Shown piece by piece: positions 55,763 through 64,000 of a stretch of DNA of 64,000 bases. Every line of letters begins with the position of its first letter. The first letter of the stretch is position 1. Made by a program: the position numbers and the translations under genes. The notes under the pieces are model-generated. The model was not told the DNA's origin. It searched no databases and saw only the letters and a program-made list of their open reading frames with translations. This stretch comes from an uncultured Candidatus Saccharibacteria bacterium (GTDB lineage Bacteria > Patescibacteriota > Minisyncoccia > Phycocordibacterales > UBA2100): assembly GCA_964424265.1 (NCBI GenBank), contig CAYRHX010000002.1, positions 3,345 through 67,344 on the forward strand, read 5' to 3'.

Positions 55763-55888
55763 GCTCCGAGCACGGCTGCTCGAGGTTTTGGTAGTATTTT
55801 TTCTTGGTGAGTGATATATTCTGTGTAGAGGATATTTTTATATACATTCCACTAGTGACTGCACCCTAGTGGCTAACTAACTTTATTT

Positions 55889-56509
55889 ATGGCAATCATC
55901 AAACATCCAGAGCAGCGTGTCGGCGTATTCGTCGATACCCAAAACCTTTACCATAGCGCGAAGAATCTCTACCACGCACGAGTCAACTTCGGCAACGTAC
56001 TCAAAGATGCGGTCGGTGAGCGGCGCCTCATACGCGCGCGTGCCTACATGGTAACCACGGAAACGGGAGAAGAAAAAGCGTTCCTCGAAGCGCTTACAAA
56101 AATGGGCATCGAGCCGAAGACAAAAGATCTTCAGATCTTTTATGGAGGTGCAAAAAAGGCCGATTGGGACGTCGGTATGGCCGTCGATGCGATCACTGCA
56201 TCCACCAAACTCGACACCGTCATCCTCTTCACAGGCGATGGTGATTTCATTCCTCTTGTAGAATACTTGAAGATCCATGCGGGTTGTCAGGTGGAAGTGG
56301 TTTCATTCGGCCGCTCAACATCGGGCAAACTGCGAGAAGCTACCGACCACTTCCTAGACCTCGACGAAGATCCAAAGCGTTACCTCATCAACTACCGCGG
56401 CCCTTCCGGTCGTCCACGCACAGGACGCGGGATAAAAAGCAATTCCGACATCCGAGTATCGGCGCCCGACGATTCGATCGCACCAAACGACTTCGACGCA
56501 TCAGCGTAG
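55889..56509 (+). CDS. NYN-domain (LabA-like) protein
   Basis: RVGVFVDTQNLYHSA...LFTGDGDFIPLVEYL is NYN/PIN-like. Confidence 0.65.
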   Translation: MAIIKHPEQRVGVFVDTQNLYHSAKNLYHARVNFGNVLKDAVGERRLIRARAYMVTTETGEEKAFLEALTKMGIEPKTKDLQIFYGGAKKADWDVGMAVDAITASTKLDTVILFTGDGDFIPLVEYLKIHAGCQVEVVSFGRSTSGKLREATDHFLDLDEDPKRYLINYRGPSGRPRTGRGIKSNSDIRVSAPDDSIAPNDFDASA

Positions 56510-56537
56510 GGAGAATTACGGGGGTTTAGTAGCGCAC

Positions 56538-57521
56538 CTAGCGTCCGCGCATCTCACGACGAGAAGAAATGTAGGCGAAGGTTATGAAGACCAGTCCGAT
56601 CAAGCCCGTGATGACCTCCGGCACGTGCATGAAGATCCCGAGCAACATCGAGAGCGCGAGCCCGAAGATTGCCCAGTGTGCACCGTGTTCGAGATAGGGA
56701 AGTGCGTCCAGTGTCTTTGCGCGCACCAGGTAGACGGTAAATGAACGCACAAACAGGGCCCCAATACCCAATCCTGTAATGATCACGGGGAGTACCGAGG
56801 TGATTGCAAACGCGCCGACTACCCCGTCGAGGGAGAAGGCGGAATCAAGTACGTTGAGGTACACGAAGAGTGCCGCGCCTCCTGTAGCTACGGCAGTACC
56901 CGTTTCCATTTCGAACGACTGCGCAATACCTTCGACTACGATAAAAAGTACGACTCCGATAAGTCCTGCGATAAGGAGCGTCGCCGCATCGTGCGGCACC
57001 ACAAACGCACACCCGAGAAGCACCACGAGCACGAGAGCAATCTCGATCGCCTCAATACCACCCCATCGCGAGAGATGTCTCTCGATGACATGTATCCAAT
57101 GGACGGTCTTTTTGTGGTTAAAAAAGTATTTCAGTGAGACAAGGAGGAGAAACGAACTCCCAAACGACGCGATCGCGACGTGGGCACCGGCGAGATATTC
57201 TCCATATTTGACCGCATCGAAAAATGCGAGCTTCGTGACAAAAATCGGAGAGAGGCCCGCTGCTGCTGCAACGATGAGTATCGGGAGCACGAATCGAGTA
57301 CCGAACACGGCAACAGGAATCCCCCAGACGAGAAAACGTCTTTGCCACACGGCATTCATACGCTTAAGCACCTTCGCGTTTACCACTGCGTTGTCGAATG
57401 AAAGAGTTGTCTCGAGTACCGCAAGAAGCATTGCGAAGAAGAGCGCGTTCAACCCACCCCAGATATAGACACCTATAAAGGCCGCGGTGGAGACGACAGC
57501 AGGGAAAATAAACACTCTCAT
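56538..57521 (-). CDS. TerC-family / DUF475 integral membrane protein
   Basis: ...LAVLETTLSFDNAVVNA... conserved TerC-like motif; about 9 TM helices. Confidence 0.55.
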   Translation of the reverse strand: MRVFIFPAVVSTAAFIGVYIWGGLNALFFAMLLAVLETTLSFDNAVVNAKVLKRMNAVWQRRFLVWGIPVAVFGTRFVLPILIVAAAAGLSPIFVTKLAFFDAVKYGEYLAGAHVAIASFGSSFLLLVSLKYFFNHKKTVHWIHVIERHLSRWGGIEAIEIALVLVVLLGCAFVVPHDAATLLIAGLIGVVLFIVVEGIAQSFEMETGTAVATGGAALFVYLNVLDSAFSLDGVVGAFAITSVLPVIITGLGIGALFVRSFTVYLVRAKTLDALPYLEHGAHWAIFGLALSMLLGIFMHVPEVITGLIGLVFITFAYISSRREMRGR

Positions 57522-57558
57522 AACAATGCGGGTATCCTACCACACCGACACGGCCCTC

Positions 57559-57603
57559 TTGACGCGCCACAGACCTTTGTTATAATTTGGTTATAACATA
57601 ACC
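57559..57603 (+). promoter_or_regulatory. Putative promoter TTGACG-16-TATAAT followed by inverted repeat GGTTATAAC-ATAACC (57589-57603) upstream of the AbrB-Doc TA operon
   Basis: Seen directly; a plausible autoregulatory operator. Confidence 0.45.
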
Positions 57604-57614
57604 GCCTTACATGT

Positions 57615-57857
57615 ATGTCCCAAAAAGTCATCGTTGTTGGTAATTCGCTCGCAGTCACCATCCCAAAGGAATCAGCCAAGAGACTCGGCCTTAGTGCAGG
57701 CGACACCCTTGAATTCTCCGAGCACCCATCGACGCGCGCGTTTACAATGCGCGCACAGAAGGACACCTATTCAGACGTTAATCCCGACGTAGTCATGTGG
57801 ACCAATGCGTTTATCGACAAAAATAGGAAACTCTTGGTTCGGCTCGCAGATAAGTAG
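57615..57857 (+). CDS. AbrB/MazE/SpoVT-type antitoxin
   Basis: VIVVGNSLAVTIPKESAKRLGLSAGDTLEF is a swapped-hairpin beta-barrel signature. Confidence 0.7.
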   Translation: MSQKVIVVGNSLAVTIPKESAKRLGLSAGDTLEFSEHPSTRAFTMRAQKDTYSDVNPDVVMWTNAFIDKNRKLLVRLADK

Positions 57858-57858
57858 C

Positions 57859-58257
57859 ATGAACTACCTTTCGGCTGCGGATATTCTTGCTATTCACGAC
57901 CGCCTCATCGAAGAAACAGGCGGCATGTTGGGCGTGCGCGAAGAAAATCTATTGCAATCCATCGCACAACGCCCCAAGACCTCCTTCGGAGACGTAGAGC
58001 AATTTCCGGATATTTTCACGAAAGCGGCCGTGTACCTTGAATCCATTGCGACCTACCATGTCTTTCTCGATGGCAACAAACGCACCGCGCTTTCTGCAGC
58101 GGCAGTGTTTCTACGCCTCAATGGATACGAAGCGACCTTTCCAATCGCAGCGACGGAGGAATTCATGGTTGCAGCGGCACAGCGGAAATATTCACTCGAG
58201 CAAATCGCCGCCTGGCTGAAATCCCGCTCAAAGCGAACCCCTCGAAAGGAATACTGA
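57859..58257 (+). CDS. doc: Doc (death-on-curing) Fic-family toxin
   Basis: ...YHVFLDGNKRTALSAAAVFLRLNGY... is the Doc motif HxFx(D/N)GNKR. Start at MNYLSAADIL, 1 nt after the antitoxin stop; the track ORF starts at 57805. Confidence 0.8.
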   Translation: MNYLSAADILAIHDRLIEETGGMLGVREENLLQSIAQRPKTSFGDVEQFPDIFTKAAVYLESIATYHVFLDGNKRTALSAAAVFLRLNGYEATFPIAATEEFMVAAAQRKYSLEQIAAWLKSRSKRTPRKEY

Positions 58258-58444
58258 CACAGAAACATTGCGAGAAAAATTGGATGAGGAACCGCCCTGC
58301 GCAGGCCCCGATTACGTGCCGGTGAAAAAATAGCGCGAGGAGAAAATTGTGGTATAGTGCAGACATTAGTAAATAGCTGTGGCGGGCGGATAGGCAGTGT
58401 TGACCATATGGCTCACTACTGAAATCCGATCGTCACTCAAAAAA

Positions 58445-60625
58445 ATGGAAAAGAAAGTATATTCTCTCGAAATCGGGGGGAAGACGATGTCTGCCGAGTT
58501 CAACGACTGGGCAGATCAGGCGAATGGTTCGGTCTTGGTGCGCTACGGCAATAGCGCGGTTCTTGCGACGGCAGTGATGGGAAAAGAATCCGACAAAGAT
58601 TATTTCCCACTCTCCGTCGAATACGAGGAGAAGTTTTATGCAGCAGGGGCAATCCTTGGCTCACGATTTATGCGCCGCGAAGGCAGGCCTTCAGATGAAG
58701 CGATTCTTTCCGGCCGCATCGTCGACCGCACCATTCGTCCACTCTTCCCAAAAGGAATGAAGCGCGAAGTCCAGGTCATTATCACAGTGCTCTCTATTGA
58801 GGAATACGACACCGACATCTTGGCGGTAAACGCCGCGTCTCTCGCGCTCGCCACATCCAACATACCGTGGAACGGGCCTGTTTCTTCGGTACGCATCGGG
58901 GTGGAGGAAGGCGATGACACGCTGATCGTAAATCCGACGTACAAACAGCGCGAGGAAGAGCTTCCACCCAAAGCGCTCCTGGACCTAACTGCTTGCGGAA
59001 AAGACGGACTCATCAACATGATAGAAGTTGGCGCACGCGAGATCGGAGAATCGACACTTGAAAAAGCGCTGGCACGTTCGAGCGAAGAGATTGAAAAGAT
59101 CCAAGCATGGCAGAAGTCGATCATCGCCGAGCGCGGCAAGACGAAATGGGATTTCAAATCACCGGAAGCAACGCCAGAAATGGTCGCAGAATTCGCAGAG
59201 CTCGTCGAACCAAAACTCAAGGCTTCAGGCGGCAAACTTCCAAAATCAGAATTGGGTCCGATGAAGGCTGAGTGGATGAAAGCGGCAACGGAGAAACTTC
59301 CCGAGACACCAAAAGGGCAACTCGACGCATACTATGAAGAGCGCCTCGACGCCTTCGTCCACGACCTTGCAATCAACGAAGGGAAGCGTGTCGATGGCCG
59401 CGCACTCGACCAAATCCGACCACTCTTTGCACAGGCTGGCGGCGTTTCACCCGTCATCCACGGCACGGGCATCTTCTATCGTGGTGAGACGCATGTACTC
59501 GCGGCACTCACGCTTGGAGGCCCTGGTGATGCACAACTCATCGACACGATCGAGTTTCAGGATACGAAGAAGACCTTCATGCTCCACTACAACTTCCCGC
59601 CTTTCTCAGTGGGTGAGACAGGGCGCGTCGGTGGATTCAACCGTCGCATGACTGGCCACGGCGCACTCGCAGAGAAAGCATTGCGTGTAATGATGCCATC
59701 GAAAGATGTATTTCCGTATACCGTTCGCATCGTTTCTGAATGCCTCGCCTCTAATGGATCGACTTCGATGGCGACCGTTTGCGCTGGTACGCTCGCTCTC
59801 ATGGACGCAGGGGTCCCTATCGCTCGCCCCGTCGCAGGAATTGCAATGGGCATGATGTCTGACTCAAAAGCAGGAAAGTACAAGGTGCTCACCGACATTC
59901 AGGGGCCAGAAGACCACCACGGCGATATGGATTTCAAGGTCGCAGGAACGTCAGAGGGCGTCACCGCCGTACAAATGGATGTGAAGGTGGAAGGAGTGCC
60001 GCTTAAGACGCTTACCGAGGCATTCATCCAGGCAAAACGAGCGCGCATGCAGATCCTCGACGTCATCACAAAAGAAATCTCAGCGCCACGAACAAATATC
60101 TCAGATCGGGCTCCAAAGATCCTCACACTTGTCGTGAAAAAGGATCAGATCGGACTCGTCATCGGCCCTGGCGGCAAAATGATCAATGGTATCCGTGAGC
60201 GCACCGGCGTCGACGACATCACGATCGAGGAAGACGGCACCGTGTTCATCACCGGCAAAAATGGCTCTGCTGAGGCCGCGTTCAAAGAGATCAGCGACCT
60301 CACGCGAGAATATATGGTGGGTGATCGATTTGAGGGCGAAGTAGTGCGTCTCATGGATTTCGGCGCATTCGTAAAAATCGGACCCAACAATGACGGACTC
60401 GTGCACGTCTCCGAAGTTGCGCCGTTCCGCATCGCAAAAATCACTGACGCGGTGCGCATTGGCGACATCGTACCAGTCGTACTCAAAGAGATTGACGAGA
60501 AAGGGCGGTATAATCTTTCCATCAAAGCAGCAGATCCTGAATGGGCCACTCGAAAGGGTCTCAAGCCGGATCAAAGCGGAGATTCACATGCCGGACGAAG
60601 CGAAAGACCACGACGCACTTACTAA
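58445..60625 (+). CDS. pnp: Polyribonucleotide nucleotidyltransferase (PNPase)
   Basis: Two RNase PH domains, KH (...IGPGGKMINGIRERTG...), S1 (GDRFEGEVVRLMDFGAFVKIG). Start at MEKKVYSLEIGG; extended -10 TGGTATAGT lies about 90 nt upstream. Confidence 0.9.
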   Translation: MEKKVYSLEIGGKTMSAEFNDWADQANGSVLVRYGNSAVLATAVMGKESDKDYFPLSVEYEEKFYAAGAILGSRFMRREGRPSDEAILSGRIVDRTIRPLFPKGMKREVQVIITVLSIEEYDTDILAVNAASLALATSNIPWNGPVSSVRIGVEEGDDTLIVNPTYKQREEELPPKALLDLTACGKDGLINMIEVGAREIGESTLEKALARSSEEIEKIQAWQKSIIAERGKTKWDFKSPEATPEMVAEFAELVEPKLKASGGKLPKSELGPMKAEWMKAATEKLPETPKGQLDAYYEERLDAFVHDLAINEGKRVDGRALDQIRPLFAQAGGVSPVIHGTGIFYRGETHVLAALTLGGPGDAQLIDTIEFQDTKKTFMLHYNFPPFSVGETGRVGGFNRRMTGHGALAEKALRVMMPSKDVFPYTVRIVSECLASNGSTSMATVCAGTLALMDAGVPIARPVAGIAMGMMSDSKAGKYKVLTDIQGPEDHHGDMDFKVAGTSEGVTAVQMDVKVEGVPLKTLTEAFIQAKRARMQILDVITKEISAPRTNISDRAPKILTLVVKKDQIGLVIGPGGKMINGIRERTGVDDITIEEDGTVFITGKNGSAEAAFKEISDLTREYMVGDRFEGEVVRLMDFGAFVKIGPNNDGLVHVSEVAPFRIAKITDAVRIGDIVPVVLKEIDEKGRYNLSIKAADPEWATRKGLKPDQSGDSHAGRSERPRRTY

Positions 60626-61967
60626 CAACGGCGCTACCGCGCGTGCCACACCCGTGCCGATCGCACCACCCGCAGCATCACAAATCGATGAAGCGGTGAT
60701 TCTTGAAGAGCACATCACGCCGCACAACCCCCCACAAAATCCGACGCCTGCCCCAAATCCTTCTGTCCCGCTATCCTCTACAGCAGCGATTCCAACATCG
60801 CCAACTCCACCCATACCCGGACCGATACCACCCCCAAAAGCAACAATATCCGCGCCAGAAACCCCAATCCCCGTGGAGCCTCACCCCCTTGCGCCTACAA
60901 TACGCGCGCAGGATCCGACCGAAGCAGCCGCCACGGTGGCGAATATTTTACAAGCGGTCAAACTTCCAGAACGCTATTCGCAAAAAGGCTCTGCCGACGC
61001 TAAGATACCGCCCCCTTCGACCGCGCCATCTACTGAAGCTGAGCCCGCTCCCGCTGTTGCGCGGACGCCGCCCACACAAAACGCGTCAACTCTAATAAGT
61101 CCGGTGCATACCCTCAAAGATGACCTCGTAGATGTCTCGCGCGAACAGAAGATGTCTCTCGTGCACGCTGTATCGCTCGAAGAAGATCGTCGCGCACATA
61201 CAAAAGGCGCGTCAGAAACACCCGCTGTTCAGAAACAAACAAAAAAGACCTTTACGATTCTCTTGGCGGTTGTTCTCTTGCTTGTGATTGGCGGAGGATT
61301 GCTTTTCACAACACTGAGCCTTATGAAGAAACCCGGAGATATCGCTCCGGCCATGAGCTCATCATCACTTCTCTTTGCAGAGGCAAGCGTTACGCTTCCG
61401 CTTACGAATAACTCACCCATAGATGTGCGAAGTACACTCCGAGCACAGCGGACCTCGAATGATCAAACGCTCGGATCGATCACTCGCATTCTTCCGTATG
61501 TCACGATCAAAGATGCGGACGGAAATACACAAGACATCCCGGCGACCTTCTCTCAATTCATGAAGAGCCTCGGTGGGCATATACCCGATGATCTTCTGCG
61601 GGCTCTTGGAGACGAATTTTTCCTAGGACTTCACACGATCGATAAAAACGCCCCACTCATGATCATCCCGGTAAAATCCTACGACCGCGCCTTCGCTGGG
61701 ATGCTCGCGTGGGAGCCATCTCTCAACACGGATCTCGTCCCGTTATTTACGGAAATACCTTCAATCACAAACCAGGACGAACTCCCCCAAACGCGCCTCT
61801 ACCAGGATTTGGTGATCCGAAACCACGATGTACGAGCGCTCAAAGACGACCGTGGAGAAATCCAACTCTATTATTCTTTCCCAAATCAAAATACGCTTGT
61901 GATCGCAGAAAGCCCCTACTCATTTACGGAAATCCTGAGTCGACTCCAGGCAGAACGGAAACTCTAG
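60588..61967 (+). CDS. Hypothetical Pro-rich single-pass membrane protein (459 aa)
   Basis: Start at MPDEAKDHD (overlaps the pnp 3' end by 38 nt in another frame); Pro-rich N-terminus, TM (TFTILLAVVLLLVIGGGLLF), globular C-terminal domain of unknown type. Confidence 0.45.
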   Translation: MPDEAKDHDALTNNGATARATPVPIAPPAASQIDEAVILEEHITPHNPPQNPTPAPNPSVPLSSTAAIPTSPTPPIPGPIPPPKATISAPETPIPVEPHPLAPTIRAQDPTEAAATVANILQAVKLPERYSQKGSADAKIPPPSTAPSTEAEPAPAVARTPPTQNASTLISPVHTLKDDLVDVSREQKMSLVHAVSLEEDRRAHTKGASETPAVQKQTKKTFTILLAVVLLLVIGGGLLFTTLSLMKKPGDIAPAMSSSSLLFAEASVTLPLTNNSPIDVRSTLRAQRTSNDQTLGSITRILPYVTIKDADGNTQDIPATFSQFMKSLGGHIPDDLLRALGDEFFLGLHTIDKNAPLMIIPVKSYDRAFAGMLAWEPSLNTDLVPLFTEIPSITNQDELPQTRLYQDLVIRNHDVRALKDDRGEIQLYYSFPNQNTLVIAESPYSFTEILSRLQAERKL

Positions 61968-62001
61968 CCTAAGTACACGGATTGTTGGTATACTATCGCG
62001 C

Positions 62002-62373
62002 ATGGATACACTCACCGAGGGGCAGTTGGAAGAATTGCGAGCATTACTCGAGGCTGAACGTGATTCTCTGGAAGAAGAGCTCGCGAATCATGGACGCATC
62101 AAGGGCGGAGACGGTGATTGGCAGGGCAGCTCGGGAGGGCTCGAGGGGATAGAGGCAGACCCTACCGACGCCGCTGATCAGATTGAAGAATTAGTGACCA
62201 ATGTGCCACTCGTCGAGGAGATGGAACGCCGCCATCGTGAAATTATGTCGGCGCTTGAGCGAATGGAGGGGAAGACATATGGGATATGCGAAGTCTCCAA
62301 AGAATCCATCCCTTTTAAACGACTCGAGGCCAATCCCGCTGCACGCACCTGCATCAAGCACGCCCAGTCTTAG
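62002..62373 (+). CDS. DksA/TraR-family-like protein (degenerate C4 zinc finger)
   Basis: Acidic coiled-coil N-terminus (QLEELRALLEAERDSLEEEL) and C-terminal ...YGICEVSKESIPFKRLEANPAARTCIKHA. Confidence 0.45.
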   Translation: MDTLTEGQLEELRALLEAERDSLEEELANHGRIKGGDGDWQGSSGGLEGIEADPTDAADQIEELVTNVPLVEEMERRHREIMSALERMEGKTYGICEVSKESIPFKRLEANPAARTCIKHAQS

Positions 62374-62389
62374 CTGTTACAATTGTGCC

Positions 62390-63958
<1,569 letters not shown>

Positions 63959-64000
63959 GTAGGGTATGAGCAACGAAAAATTGCCGGGACGAAAGCCTGC

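Noticed and set aside
55840-55885. CCACTAGTG-N8-CTAGTGG inverted repeat upstream of the NYN-domain gene
   Set aside because: It is short and includes a trivially palindromic ACTAGT; insufficient to call an operator.
60390-60587. 5' extension of the Pro-rich protein ORF running through pnp
   Set aside because: It is out of frame inside the PNPase S1 domain; start assigned to ATG 60588.
62201-62389. 5' extension of the comM ORF overlapping the DksA-like gene
   Set aside because: YifB/ComM N-terminal homology begins at the GTG at 62390; the extension overlaps the upstream CDS.

Overview
This 64-kb window looks like a small-genome bacterium, probably a Patescibacteria/CPR-like lineage (inferred from gene content, not verified). 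Informational and housekeeping genes are densely packed: rpsL-rpsG...fusA, rpmB, nusA, tig, clpP, rny, hup, pnp, rpsO, recJ, rnhA, xth, xerD-like, rarA, cca, comM, pgk-tpiA, ppa, sod and three tRNAs. A type IV pilus / natural-competence set is present: four prepilin-type genes, pilC, pilB, and a ComEC that is split into two genes. Small accessory insertions are interleaved with this core. There are four type II toxin-antitoxin pairs (ParD/ParE-like, RHH/RelE-like, HicB/HicA, AbrB-type/Doc). A ~147-bp MITE-like inverted-repeat element occurs in three copies. At least three cargo insertions are flanked by duplicated 3' ends of host genes (rpsG, an M50 protease gene, rny). A giant 1295-aa secreted multidomain protein carries Kazal-like, PKD-like, LamG-like and peptidoglycan-binding domains, and a cluster of secreted zinc metallopeptidases lies at the left edge. 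The best candidate for an undescribed system is a two-gene module next to the xerD-like recombinase gene: a GHKL/HATPase-domain protein with an unknown N-terminal domain, translationally coupled to a DUF4325/STAS-like protein, behind a sigma70-like promoter overlapped by a 21-bp perfect palindrome operator. No CRISPR array, rRNA or obvious prophage was seen. All calls rest on reading the ORF translations and the raw sequence by eye; no database search was run.
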